The notes under the pieces were generated by a model. The model worked only from the letters and a program-made list of their open reading frames with translations, had not been told where the DNA came from and searched no databases. DNA of 64,000 bases from Verrucomicrobiota bacterium (GTDB lineage: Bacteria > Verrucomicrobiota > Verrucomicrobiia > Limisphaerales > UBA11358), in NCBI GenBank assembly GCA_028872915.1, contig JAGWNY010000005.1, positions 21,922 through 85,921 on the forward strand, read 5' to 3'. Each line of letters opens with the position of its first letter. The stretch's first letter is position 1. This document shows, piece after piece, positions 11,454 to 21,395 of this stretch. A program made the position numbers and the translations under genes.

Positions 11454-12116
11454 ATGATTGAATTGATTCAGGTTCCGTGGAGTCCGTATTGCATTGTCCA
11501 GCGGCGCATCCTGGAGTTTTCCGGCGCCCGCTTTCGAATCGTCAACATTCCCAACCAGGACCGTTCCTTGGTGTGGAAGCTGACCAAGCAGCGATATTAC
11601 GGGGTGCCGATCATTCGCGACGGCGAACGGGTGATTTTTGAGGTGAACGACGATTCGCAAGTGATCGCCAAATATCTGGACGACGAGTTTGACCTGGGGC
11701 TGTTTCCGAAACGGTGGTGCGACGTGCAATCCATCCTTTGGCGGAACATTGAAAATGAAGTGGAGGGCATCTGTTTCCGGCTCAACGACATTTATTGGAA
11801 GGAATTCGTGCCGGCGCGGGAGCAATTGCAATTTTTGAGGTTCAAGGAGCGGAAATTCGGCCGCGGGTGCATTGAACAATGGCGCAAGGATCAAAAAACC
11901 CTGCTCAAGCAGCTTGAGGAGCGGTTGATGCCCTTGGAAATGATGCTGACCCACCTGCCGTTTATTCTGGAAAAACAGCCGCGTTTCGTGGATTTCGACC
12001 TGTTTGGGATGCTGGAAAACTTTCTCTATTCGGGCCACTATGAATTGCCCGCGCCGCACAAGAGGATACAGGAATGGCACCGGCGCATGGGAAAAATAAA
12101 GAAGGAGGATTTTTGA
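11454..12116 (+). CDS. Glutathione S-transferase-like protein
   Basis: SPYC, GVPII.DG, DSQVIAKYLD. Confidence 0.78.
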   Translation: MIELIQVPWSPYCIVQRRILEFSGARFRIVNIPNQDRSLVWKLTKQRYYGVPIIRDGERVIFEVNDDSQVIAKYLDDEFDLGLFPKRWCDVQSILWRNIENEVEGICFRLNDIYWKEFVPAREQLQFLRFKERKFGRGCIEQWRKDQKTLLKQLEERLMPLEMMLTHLPFILEKQPRFVDFDLFGMLENFLYSGHYELPAPHKRIQEWHRRMGKIKKEDF

Positions 12117-12138
12117 GGCTTTTGGCCGTCTGTGACTG

Positions 12139-13449
12139 ATGAAAAATTATATTCTCGATACGAACGTCCTGCTCCACGATCCCAATTCGGTACTCAATTT
12201 TCAGGAAAACAACGTTTTAATTCCCATCGAGGTCATTGAGGAGATGGACCAGTTCAAACGCGAATCGTCCGAACTGGGCCAGAACGCCCGCGCGGTTTCC
12301 CGGATGCTCGATGGGTTTCGTGGCAGCGGACATCTTAGCGAAGGCGTCAAATTGCCCAACGGAGGGCATTTGAAGGTGGTCGTGTATAAAAACGGCCACG
12401 TGAACGGCGAAAATGGACTGCACGCCGTCTCCGCCGACAACCGGATTTTGTCCCTGGCGGCCAACATCCAGAAGGCGCAACCGCGAAATCCGACCGTTTT
12501 GGTGAGCAAAGACATCAATTTGCGCATCAAGGCGGATGCGCTGGGCCTCTCGGCCGAAGATTACGAGACCGACCGGGTCTTTATCACCGACCTTTACACG
12601 GGCATGATGGAACTGTCTGTTCCGACGGAAAGCATGAGCGCCTTCCGCGCCAAGGGTGAATTGGAAATTCCCGGCGGCAAAACCTATTTTCCGAACGAAT
12701 TCTGCACCCTCACCGACGCGGTCAACCCCAAGAAAACCGCCTTGGCCAAAGTGGACGCCACCGGAAAAATGCTGGCGCCCATTGTGGATTGCCGGGAAGG
12801 GGTCTGGGGGATCAAACCCCGGAACCGGGAGCAGCATTTTGCGTTTGATGCGCTCCTGGATGACCAGGTCAAGCTCGTCACGCTCATGGGCAAGGCCGGC
12901 ACCGGAAAAACGCTCCTGGCCATGGCTGCGGGATTGAAACGGACGGTGCTGGACCGCGAATTCCGGCGGCTGGTGGTTGCCCGCCCGACCATTTCCATGG
13001 GCAAGGAACTCGGATTCCTGCCCGGGTCCCTCGAAGAAAAACTCGCGCCGTGGATGCAACCCATCCACGATGCCCTCGAAATGTTGAGCGATTTGAACAT
13101 GGGCCAGGACCATCGCCGCTCCGGCGATCTCATGCGCAACGGCAGCATCGTGGTGGAGGCGTTGAGCTATATCCGCGGACGGAGCATCGCCAACCAGTTC
13201 ATGATCGTTGACGAAGCCCAGAACCTCACCCCTCTGGAAGCCAAAACGATCATCACTCGCGTGGGAAACGGGACCAAAATCGTTTTTACGGGCGACCCCT
13301 ACCAGATTGACAATCCTTATGTGGATTCGTCGTCCAATGGATTTAATTATATCGTGAGCCGTTTCCGCAGCCAGGGTATCGCCGCGCACGTTGAATTGCA
13401 AAAAGGGGAGCGGTCCGAACTGGCCGAACTGGCCGCCAATATCCTTTAG
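12139..13449 (+). CDS. PhoH family protein with an N-terminal PIN domain (PhoH2/YlaK type)
   Basis: LDTNVLLHDP PIN motif; GKAGTGKT, GFLPG, YIRGRS, DEAQN, GDPYQID. Confidence 0.93.
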   Translation: MKNYILDTNVLLHDPNSVLNFQENNVLIPIEVIEEMDQFKRESSELGQNARAVSRMLDGFRGSGHLSEGVKLPNGGHLKVVVYKNGHVNGENGLHAVSADNRILSLAANIQKAQPRNPTVLVSKDINLRIKADALGLSAEDYETDRVFITDLYTGMMELSVPTESMSAFRAKGELEIPGGKTYFPNEFCTLTDAVNPKKTALAKVDATGKMLAPIVDCREGVWGIKPRNREQHFAFDALLDDQVKLVTLMGKAGTGKTLLAMAAGLKRTVLDREFRRLVVARPTISMGKELGFLPGSLEEKLAPWMQPIHDALEMLSDLNMGQDHRRSGDLMRNGSIVVEALSYIRGRSIANQFMIVDEAQNLTPLEAKTIITRVGNGTKIVFTGDPYQIDNPYVDSSSNGFNYIVSRFRSQGIAAHVELQKGERSELAELAANIL

Positions 13450-13555
13450 GACCGCTCCGATCCTTCATTTTGCCTATTGACAAATCACGAAACGAGAGCA
13501 TGTTAACGTCAGAAGCTCGATGGACTAACAGGGCCACCGCAGCGGGAATTAGAAT

Positions 13556-13852
13556 ATGATTTCAAACGAAAGACCATCGCCCTTTGGGCGCCGACCCCAG
13601 TCCGGCTACGGCCAGGGGCCGCGTCCGCCGATCCAGGAAGACACGCTCAAGAGCGAGAAAATCCAAATTGAGCGCAAAACCTTCGTTTTTACCCTCAAGG
13701 AAAATCCCCGCGGTCGGTTTTTGCGCATCACCGAAGACGTAGGGGGGCGGCGGGACACGATCATCGTTCCCTCCACTGGCCTTGAAGATTTCAAGAAGCT
13801 TTTGGACGAAATGGTCAAGGCGTCCGGCGAGACGCCGGAAAAACCGGCTTAA
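13556..13852 (+). CDS. PUR-alpha-like ssDNA/RNA-binding protein
   Basis: IERKTFVFTLKENPRGRFLRITE..RDTIIVP..GLEDF matches a single PUR repeat. Confidence 0.85.
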   Translation: MISNERPSPFGRRPQSGYGQGPRPPIQEDTLKSEKIQIERKTFVFTLKENPRGRFLRITEDVGGRRDTIIVPSTGLEDFKKLLDEMVKASGETPEKPA

Positions 13853-13869
13853 TTCGGATGAGATCGGGA

Positions 13870-13991
13870 GTGTTCGGAATCAGGGAAAAGCGCCTCACAC
13901 AAAGGGCGTAACGGACGCGAAGGTTCGCAAAAAAATGGCCACAGAGGAAGTCAGAGCGTCCTTACGTCCGCTCCTGCGAGTGGACGATGGC
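13870..13991 (+). repeat. Intergenic REP/MITE-like repeat (longest copy)
   Basis: Collinear similarity to the reverse complement of 45939-46034 and to 6078-6140. Confidence 0.65.
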
Positions 13992-13997
13992 GGAGGT

Positions 13998-14417
13998 TCA
14001 ATGCGGGATTTTTTCGGGCAATCCTTGCTTCATGGCGCGAGGCCCCGCCTTTTTGAGGCGGACACGTTTTGCGTCGCCCCATAGTCCTTCCAAATCATAA
14101 TGCGCGCGGGTTTCCGGGCGCATGAGGTGGACGATGACGTCAAAAAAATCCAACGCGATCCACGCTCCGTGCGCCGAGCCGTCCCGGCGAATGGGGCGCA
14201 GATCGTGGTCGTCCCGAAGGCGGCTGGTGATTTCGTCCACAATCGCCCGCAAATGCGGCTCGCTCATGCCCGATGCGATCACGAAATAATCCGCCACTGA
14301 TGAAATTTTGCGCACGTCAAGGACCACGATGTTCTCCGCCTTGCGGTTGTCCGCCAGTTCGGCGCAGAGAAGGGCCAGTTTTCGCGCGCCCGGAGTTTGA
14401 GGCTGTTTTATTGGCAT
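13998..14417 (-). CDS. rsfS: Ribosome silencing factor
   Basis: KAENIVVLDV..DYFVIASG, WIALDF.DVIVH, YDLEGLW; follows nadD. Confidence 0.95.
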   Translation of the reverse strand: MPIKQPQTPGARKLALLCAELADNRKAENIVVLDVRKISSVADYFVIASGMSEPHLRAIVDEITSRLRDDHDLRPIRRDGSAHGAWIALDFFDVIVHLMRPETRAHYDLEGLWGDAKRVRLKKAGPRAMKQGLPEKIPH

Positions 14418-14424
14418 GGGAAAA

Positions 14425-14997
14425 TCATCCATAAGGCCGTTCGTCCGCAATGGCCGCCGCAACGGCGGCAGGCGCCATGTGTTCAAGGGAAAGGCCGGCT
14501 TTTGCCCGCGCGCGGATTTCAGATGAGGAGATCGCAAAGGGAAAACCTTTCAGCGTCCGTCCGCGAAACGGCTCCGGAAACCGGACATTTCCTTCTCCGG
14601 GCCGTGTAATGGCGGCAAATTCCACCCGTTTGGCCAGTTCCATGGCCTCGCTCCAGGCCTGGAGGGTCTGGATGTGGTCCGCGCCAATCAGATAAAACAA
14701 AGTCGCGTCCGGAAACCGCCGGGCATAATCCCGCACGGTGGCAATGGCAAAGGAGACGCCGCCGCGCCGGAGTTCCTGGTCATCCACTTCGTAGCGGTTT
14801 GCTCCGGCGAGGGCCAGCCGCAACCATCGCAAGCGAAGTGGCGCCGGCGCCGCCGGTTTGTCCGGCTTGAACGGCGATTGCGCCGCCGGCACAAAGAAGA
14901 GGCGGTCCAGACCGATTTCTTCGATGGCCGCCTGCGCGGCCAGAAGATGGCCGGCGTGGATTGGATCAAATGAGCCGCCGAAAATGCCTAATTTCAT
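14425..14997 (-). CDS. nadD: Nicotinate-nucleotide adenylyltransferase
   Basis: GGSFDPIHAGH, LIGAD, ISSSEIR. Confidence 0.95.
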   Translation of the reverse strand: MKLGIFGGSFDPIHAGHLLAAQAAIEEIGLDRLFFVPAAQSPFKPDKPAAPAPLRLRWLRLALAGANRYEVDDQELRRGGVSFAIATVRDYARRFPDATLFYLIGADHIQTLQAWSEAMELAKRVEFAAITRPGEGNVRFPEPFRGRTLKGFPFAISSSEIRARAKAGLSLEHMAPAAVAAAIADERPYG

Positions 14998-16796
14998 CCG
15001 TGATATTCCTGAAGCGTCTTGACGGCGAAACCCCTCTTTTTCAACGCGGCGATGCCCAGGGCCGCCGCCCGGGCGCTGCTCAACGTGGTCATGATTGGGG
15101 TGCCCGTGTAAACAGCCGTCGTGCGGATTTTAATTTCGTCTCCCCGCGGCACGGCGCCGCTGGGGGTGTTGATCACCAATTGAATGTCCTTGTTTTTGAG
15201 GAAGTCAATGACATTGGGCCGGCCTTCGAGCAGCTTCATCACCCGGTGCGCTTTCAACCCTGCCTTTTCCAGCGCCGTGGCTGTTCCGCTGGTGGCCACG
15301 AGCTCGAATCCCAGGTCGGCAAACAATTTCCCAACGTCGGCCACTTCGTTTTTATGCGCGTCGCTGACGCTGATAAATACCTTGCCGGCCAGGGGGAGGG
15401 GCGCGCCGGCGGCCATTTGAGATTTTGCATAAGCCACCCCCAGGTCCGCGTCCAGGCCCATCACCTCGCCGGTTGAACGCATCTCCGGCGAAAGCAGAAT
15501 GTCCTGTCCATGAAATCGGTTGAACGGAAAGACCGATTCCTTGACCGCCCAATAGGCGGGCCGGGTTTCCTGGGTGAAGCCCAGTTCCTTCAAGGTCCGC
15601 CCGGCCATGACCTTGGCCGCCAGTTTTGCCAGCGGCACGCCGATGGACTTGGAGACAAATGGCACAGTTCGAGACGCGCGCGGATTGACTTCCAGCACAA
15701 AGACATTTTCGTCCTTCACGGCGTATTGCACGTTCATCAGCCCCACCACCTTGAGTTCGCGCGCCATCGCGTGAGTGTATTGGCGGATGAGGTCCATGAC
15801 CGCCGGCGACAACGTGTGCGGCGGCAGCACCATGGCGGCGTCGCCCGAATGGACGCCGGCGAATTCAATGTGTTCGAGCATGCCGCCAATGACGATGGCG
15901 CCCTCGCCCGGATTTTCGAAATGGCCGGTGTCGGCAATACAATCCACGTCCACTTCGGTCGCGTCTTCGAGGAACTTGTCCACGAGCACGGGACGTTCGG
16001 GCGAGGCTTCCACGGCAAACTTCATGTAATGCGACAATTCGGCATCCGAATAGACGATTTGCATGGCGCGCCCGCCCAGGACGAAGCTGGGCCGGACCAG
16101 GATCGGATAGCCGAGCCGCCGGGCCACGGCCAGCGCCTCCGGTTCGGTGGTGGCAATGCCATTGGGCGGCTGGGGAATTTTCAGCCGGTCGAGCATGGCG
16201 GCAAAAAGTTTTCTGTCTTCGGCGATTTCAATGCTTTGCGGCGAGGTTCCGATGACGCGGACGCCGTTTTTTTGGAGGCCCAGCGCCAGATTCAACGGAG
16301 TTTGTCCGCCGAATTGGGCGATGGCGCCGTGGCATCGCTCGCGTTCATAAATGTGAAGCACGTCTTCGAGTGTGAGCGGTTCAAAAAACAGTTTGTCGCT
16401 GGTGTCGTAATCCGTGGAAACCGTTTCCGGGTTCGAATTGACCATCAAGGTTTCATACCCGTCTTCCTTCAGCGCAAACGCCGCGTGAACGCAGCAGTAA
16501 TCGAACTCGATGCCCTGTCCGATCCGGTTCGGGCCGCCGCCCAGGATCATGATCTTTTTTTTTGGCCCGCTGCTCACCTCGTCGTCGCCGCAATCGTAGG
16601 TGGAATAATAATAGGGCGTGTAGGCTTCGAATTCGGCGGCGCAGGTGTCCACGAGGCGATAGGATGGCAGCAGGTTGGCTTTTTTTCGCAGGTCGCGAAT
16701 CTCCTCCTCCGTGCGGCCCGTGAGATTTGCAATCTGCCGGTCGGAAAAGCCCAAGCCCTTTGCTTTGGACAAAATTTCTGAATTCAGCGGCGGCAT
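14994..16796 (-). CDS. carB: Carbamoyl-phosphate synthase large subunit, C-terminal half only (600 aa)
   Basis: Begins at AKGLGFSDRQIA; VDTCAAEFEA, GGPNRIGQGIEFDYC, RPSFVLGGRAM, EVNPRASRT and the MGS domain are present; the N-terminal ATP-grasp is absent. Confidence 0.9.
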   Translation of the reverse strand: MPPLNSEILSKAKGLGFSDRQIANLTGRTEEEIRDLRKKANLLPSYRLVDTCAAEFEAYTPYYYSTYDCGDDEVSSGPKKKIMILGGGPNRIGQGIEFDYCCVHAAFALKEDGYETLMVNSNPETVSTDYDTSDKLFFEPLTLEDVLHIYERERCHGAIAQFGGQTPLNLALGLQKNGVRVIGTSPQSIEIAEDRKLFAAMLDRLKIPQPPNGIATTEPEALAVARRLGYPILVRPSFVLGGRAMQIVYSDAELSHYMKFAVEASPERPVLVDKFLEDATEVDVDCIADTGHFENPGEGAIVIGGMLEHIEFAGVHSGDAAMVLPPHTLSPAVMDLIRQYTHAMARELKVVGLMNVQYAVKDENVFVLEVNPRASRTVPFVSKSIGVPLAKLAAKVMAGRTLKELGFTQETRPAYWAVKESVFPFNRFHGQDILLSPEMRSTGEVMGLDADLGVAYAKSQMAAGAPLPLAGKVFISVSDAHKNEVADVGKLFADLGFELVATSGTATALEKAGLKAHRVMKLLEGRPNVIDFLKNKDIQLVINTPSGAVPRGDEIKIRTTAVYTGTPIMTTLSSARAAALGIAALKKRGFAVKTLQEYHG

Positions 16797-16886
16797 TGGC
16801 GTGACAATGAGCCAGAAAAACCCGCCGCTGTCGAGCCGATTGCATTCGGACTTGCCCGCGATGGCGCCCTGGTTTAGATAAAGACC

Positions 16887-18089
16887 GTGAAATACATCGG
16901 GCGCGCCCTCTGCTGGCTGCCGTTTTTCGCTCCGTTCCCTGCCGCCGCCCAAATTGATTCCGTCCCGCGCGATTTGATTCAGATTGGCTACAACCAATAC
17001 TTTCAAGGGCACGTGCCTTTTGCCGGCTACGCCTTTTATTATCACAACCAGCCGAATTTCCTGAGGACCAACCTGACCCTGCGCCTCGCGTTGGCGCCGG
17101 TTTACGTGGATTCCGAACTCGGCTTTGTCCACGGCCTCGGGCCGAACACCGATTACGCCATCGGCCTGGCGGGCGGAGGCTTTGCGGACAGTTACAACGA
17201 AATCAGGGCCGGCAAATACATTCCCGGCGAGTCCTTCACCGGAGATGGCGGAGAAATTTCACAGAGCGTTTACCACCTGTTCAATCCGGGTGAACGCATT
17301 CCGTTGAACTTCGTCCTGCGGGGCCTCGTCCATTATTCGGCCTACGACCGCAACCAGGACACCGACGCGGCCTTCCAACTGCCATCTGACCGGGCGGACT
17401 TCGACGTGCGGGCCGGCTTGAGATGGGGCGGGGTCGAGCCGACCCTCTTTCCCGCGTTCGCAATGGAACTTTCAATTTGGTACGAGGGAGAGTTTCGGAC
17501 CGAGGCCGCGCCATACGGTTTTGACGGCGACCGTGCTGTGCAGCCCAATTCTCACCTCTTTTGGGCGGAAGCGGCCCTTTCGTACACGCTTCCGAAAAGC
17601 CGGCAAAATTTTTACGTGCGCCTGACGGCCGGCACCAGTGTTCACCCCGACCGCTTCAGCGCCTATCGGCTGGGCGGGTTTCTGCCATTGTCAGCCGAGT
17701 TCCCGCTCTCGCTGCCCGGCTATTTTTATCAGGAAATCAGCGCGCGCCAGTTCATCCTCATCAATGGAAATTACATTGTGCCCCTGGATTACAGCGAGGA
17801 TTGGAACCTGTATCTGAATGCCTCCAGCGCCGCTGTCAGTTATCTTGCGGGCGAAGGGCAGCCGGGTGACTGGGTCTCCGGCGTGGGCTGCGGCATCCAA
17901 TATCGTTCGCCATCGAGCCGTTGGAAAATCATGCTCACTTATGCTTACGGCATTGACGCCATCCGTGACGGCGGTCGCGGCGCCCACAGCATCGGCCTGC
18001 TCATGCAATGGGACCTGGGACATTTGCGCGGCAAAAATTTCGCCCCCGTGCAGCCGTCCCGCTGGCTCTGGCAATGGCTTTTCCAATGA
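16887..18089 (+). CDS. Putative outer-membrane beta-barrel protein
   Basis: Signal peptide; aromatic-rich amphipathic strands; C-terminal YAYG..SIGLLMQWDL. Confidence 0.55.
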   Translation: MKYIGRALCWLPFFAPFPAAAQIDSVPRDLIQIGYNQYFQGHVPFAGYAFYYHNQPNFLRTNLTLRLALAPVYVDSELGFVHGLGPNTDYAIGLAGGGFADSYNEIRAGKYIPGESFTGDGGEISQSVYHLFNPGERIPLNFVLRGLVHYSAYDRNQDTDAAFQLPSDRADFDVRAGLRWGGVEPTLFPAFAMELSIWYEGEFRTEAAPYGFDGDRAVQPNSHLFWAEAALSYTLPKSRQNFYVRLTAGTSVHPDRFSAYRLGGFLPLSAEFPLSLPGYFYQEISARQFILINGNYIVPLDYSEDWNLYLNASSAAVSYLAGEGQPGDWVSGVGCGIQYRSPSSRWKIMLTYAYGIDAIRDGGRGAHSIGLLMQWDLGHLRGKNFAPVQPSRWLWQWLFQ

Positions 18090-18304
18090 GGCGCCTGGGC
18101 GCGCGTTCGCCATGCGGTGGCCGTGGCGAAGCGAGGAGTTGAAGCGCTGCCGGGCGATAAGGAGCCGCCAAGGAACAACCTTTGCAGCCTGACTGGTTCT
18201 TTTGGCGGCTGGCGGCGTTGCCTGCCCGTCCGAGGTTGCCGCGGATATTTTCCTGGCGCGTGTATGACCTTGCGGGGGGGAAGGATTCGGCTATAACGTC
18301 GCGC

Positions 18305-18958
18305 GTGCTGAAAACCTATTTGCAATCCGTTGTCACATGGTATTTGGGGGCGGTCAAAACCATGGGCTATCCGGTGATCGTGCTGTTAATGGCGATGGAA
18401 AGTTCGGTGCTGCCGATTCCCAGCGAGGCGATTGTGCCGCCGGCAGCCTGGCTGGCGTGGTCGGGCGGGCTTCATATTTTCAATTTACAATTTGCCGGGT
18501 GGCCGGCGGAGGTTGGATTGGTGGCGGCGGCGGCGGGCGGTTCATGGATTGGGGCGACCATCATGTATTGGCTGGCGCGGCTTGCGGGGCGGCCATTGCT
18601 CATGCGCTATGGACGATGCATCCTGATGCCGCCGGAAAAAATCCAAAAGAGCGAGAGTTGGATGTCCCATTACGGGCCGATGGGGGTGTTTGTGGCGCGA
18701 TTGCTGCCGGGGGCGCGGCAATTGGTTGGCATTCCGGCGGGCGTGGCGCGGATGGACTACGGGCTGTACTCGGTGTTTACGTTGCTGGGATCGGGGCTTT
18801 ATTGCGCGCTGCTCTGTTACGTGGGCGTGCAGGCGGGACAGGATGAAAAGCTCCTGCAGTTGCAGACACAGCACGTTTTGGCGTGGCTGGGCGGCGCGGC
18901 GGTTGTGCTTGGCGGGCTTTATTACTTCTTCGTCCACCGCCATTTGCGGAAGAAATGA
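18305..18958 (+). CDS. DedA family membrane protein
   Basis: ESSVLPIPSE, ARLLPGARQLVGIPAG; GTG start inferred. Confidence 0.92.
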   Translation: MLKTYLQSVVTWYLGAVKTMGYPVIVLLMAMESSVLPIPSEAIVPPAAWLAWSGGLHIFNLQFAGWPAEVGLVAAAAGGSWIGATIMYWLARLAGRPLLMRYGRCILMPPEKIQKSESWMSHYGPMGVFVARLLPGARQLVGIPAGVARMDYGLYSVFTLLGSGLYCALLCYVGVQAGQDEKLLQLQTQHVLAWLGGAAVVLGGLYYFFVHRHLRKK

Positions 18959-19015
18959 CCGCTGTGGAATTCAGGACCGCTTGTTGAACAGTCGCCGGGG
19001 ATGTAGATTGATTTC

Positions 19016-20683
19016 GTGCCCATCAGCGATTCCATTCGAAAGAAAATCGGCGGTTTGCCGCATAAACCCGGCATTTACCTGATGCGCGACCGGTTTGGAA
19101 CGGTGATTTACGTGGGCAAAGCGAGGGACTTGCGCAAGCGGGTGAGCCAGTATTTTCATCCGAGCCGGCGGATGGGATGGGATTTGAAGTTTAACGCGCT
19201 TGTCGAGGCGATCCGCGACGTGGACATTCACATTGTCCGAAGCGAACCAGAGGCCCTGCTGCTCGAAAGCAAGCTGATCAAGGAATTCAAGCCGCGCTAC
19301 AATATCAGCTTCCGGGACGACAAGCGTTTTTTGCTTCTCAAGGTCAATCTGGCCGATCCCATTCCGAACTTTGCCTTTGCCCGCTTTCGCAAGGACGATG
19401 GCGCCCGCTACTTCGGCCCATTTCCCAACGCAACGGCCTTGCGAAACGTGGTGGCGCTGACGCGGCGGCTCTTTAATCTTCGCGGTTGCCGCGTCTTCAC
19501 GCCCGGCGCCGGCGATTACAAGCATTGCCTCTACGCTCATTTGAAATACTGCACCGCCCCGTGCGTCGGCAACGTTTCGCGGGAACAATACATGGAACAG
19601 GTCAAGGCCGCCTGCGATTTCCTCGAAGGCCAGTGCCGCGAAATGCAGGAACAGTTCGAGGCGGAAATGAAGGCGGCGGCCGCGGCGCAGGATTTTGAAA
19701 GGGCGGCCAGCCTGCGAGACCTCATTCGCGATTTGAAGGCGACCTGGAAAAAAACGGAAAAATTCGAGCGCATACCGTATTCACTGCCCGGCGCGGCCAA
19801 TCCGCGGGCCGATCTGGCCGAACTGAGCCGCGCGCTCGCCATGGCGACGCCGCCCGCCCGAATCGAGGCCTTCGACATTTCGAACATCAGCGGCACGTTT
19901 GCCGTGGCTTCACTCGTCAGCTTCAAAAACGGAAGACCCGACCGCGCCAACTACCGGCGGTTCAGGATTAAAACCGTGGAGGGCCAGGACGATTTTGCGA
20001 GCATCGCCGAAGTGGTGCGCCGGCGTTACAGCCGTCTCCTGGACGAAGCAAACGGCAGGCATCATGACCCCGTCGCGGAAGGCGGCCAGGGAATTCCGCG
20101 GGAATTGCAGAAGGCCGCCGATGAAGCCGCCCGACGGGTCCGAAACAAAAAATGGAAGCCGGCGCCGGAGAGCGGCGGCCGGACGGAAGCCGGGAAATGG
20201 GGCATCATGCCGGATTTGATTTTGATTGACGGCGGCAAGGGCCAATTGAATGCCGCGGCCGCCCAGTTGCAAAATCTCGGTCTTGAAACCATTCCCGTGA
20301 TCGGCCTGGCGAAGGAGTTTGAGGATATTTACATGCCCGGACGGTCCGAGCCGTTGCGGCTGGGCCTGGACAATCCGGCCACCAAACTGTTGCAACGCAT
20401 CCGGGACGAATCGCATCGCATTGCGAATTCCTACAACGCCCAGTTGCGGCTGAAACGCGTTTCCGAAAGCGTTCTGGATGAATTTCCCGGCATCGGCGAC
20501 CGGCGCAAGCAGGCGCTGCTGAAAAAATTCGGGTCGGTGCAGCGCCTGCGCATCGCCACCGTGGAGCAGATTGCATCCGTGCCGGGCTTCGGAGGCGCAG
20601 CGGCGGCGGAATTGAAGAAATTTCTCGAAGCGCGCGGCAGCCTGCCGGGCAAAACTTCCGAGGAGGCCACCGCGGCGGGTTGA
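19016..20683 (+). CDS. uvrC: Excinuclease ABC subunit C
   Basis: GIY-YVG, FDISNISG, PDLILIDGGKGQL, RDESHR, HhH. Confidence 0.95.
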   Translation: MPISDSIRKKIGGLPHKPGIYLMRDRFGTVIYVGKARDLRKRVSQYFHPSRRMGWDLKFNALVEAIRDVDIHIVRSEPEALLLESKLIKEFKPRYNISFRDDKRFLLLKVNLADPIPNFAFARFRKDDGARYFGPFPNATALRNVVALTRRLFNLRGCRVFTPGAGDYKHCLYAHLKYCTAPCVGNVSREQYMEQVKAACDFLEGQCREMQEQFEAEMKAAAAAQDFERAASLRDLIRDLKATWKKTEKFERIPYSLPGAANPRADLAELSRALAMATPPARIEAFDISNISGTFAVASLVSFKNGRPDRANYRRFRIKTVEGQDDFASIAEVVRRRYSRLLDEANGRHHDPVAEGGQGIPRELQKAADEAARRVRNKKWKPAPESGGRTEAGKWGIMPDLILIDGGKGQLNAAAAQLQNLGLETIPVIGLAKEFEDIYMPGRSEPLRLGLDNPATKLLQRIRDESHRIANSYNAQLRLKRVSESVLDEFPGIGDRRKQALLKKFGSVQRLRIATVEQIASVPGFGGAAAAELKKFLEARGSLPGKTSEEATAAG

Positions 20684-20690
20684 GATTGCC

Positions 20691-21371
20691 ATGAACGTTA
20701 AAATTTTGACTGGTCTTATGCATCCGGGCTTTTATCCTTGGGGAATGATTGCAGGCGCCCCGGTTGCGTTCGCGCTGCCGTTCAACTGGTTTGATTTGGT
20801 TGTGGTTGCGGCCTTGGGAGTGGGCATAGCCCTGGGCCGGCATAACGGCATGTCGAAGGAAACGCTCCCGCTGCTGCAATGGCTTTCACTCGTCTTTGGA
20901 CCGGCGTTTGGGTATTCGATGGCGGGGAAATATCTGATCGCGCAATTTCACTGGAGCCGCCTTGCCTGCTTCATTGCCGGTTATCTGGCAATCGCCGCCG
21001 TCATCCTGATGGTTTTTTCGCTGCTGAGGAGCCGGTTTGGCGAGCGCATGGGTCAAAGTCATATTTTCAAAAGCACCGAATTTTATCTGGGCATGTTATC
21101 CGGCATGGTCCGGGTTGGTTGCATGTTGATCCTCGCGCTGGCGCTGCTTCACGCCCCGGTCTATTCGTCAACGGAGATTGAGGCACAGGAAGCCTATCAA
21201 AAACAGACCTGGGGCGGCGGATTGTATTCCGGAACCTATTTTCCAACCATCCACTCCGTCCAGGAAAGTGTGTTTGACGATTCATTCACCGGGCCGCTGG
21301 TTGCGAAGCATCTTCGGATGCTGCTCATTGACTCGGACAAATCCTCCGACGCTTCGCAACCAGCCACGTGA
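20691..21371 (+). CDS. CvpA family membrane protein
   Basis: FDLVVV..G..G..E, four TM helices, LGMLSGMVR. Confidence 0.7.
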   Translation: MNVKILTGLMHPGFYPWGMIAGAPVAFALPFNWFDLVVVAALGVGIALGRHNGMSKETLPLLQWLSLVFGPAFGYSMAGKYLIAQFHWSRLACFIAGYLAIAAVILMVFSLLRSRFGERMGQSHIFKSTEFYLGMLSGMVRVGCMLILALALLHAPVYSSTEIEAQEAYQKQTWGGGLYSGTYFPTIHSVQESVFDDSFTGPLVAKHLRMLLIDSDKSSDASQPAT

Positions 21372-21395
21372 GGGTTTTTCCGGACGCGTCCTCCC

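Noticed and set aside
16797-17132. N-terminal extension of carB, or a frameshift restoring full-length CarB
   Set aside because: The extension shows no CarB similarity and overlaps the divergent membrane protein gene.
20035-20210. Roughly 55-aa insertion in UvrC as an intein or inserted element
   Set aside because: It has no intein terminal motifs or repeats and lies in a variable loop before PDLILIDGG.
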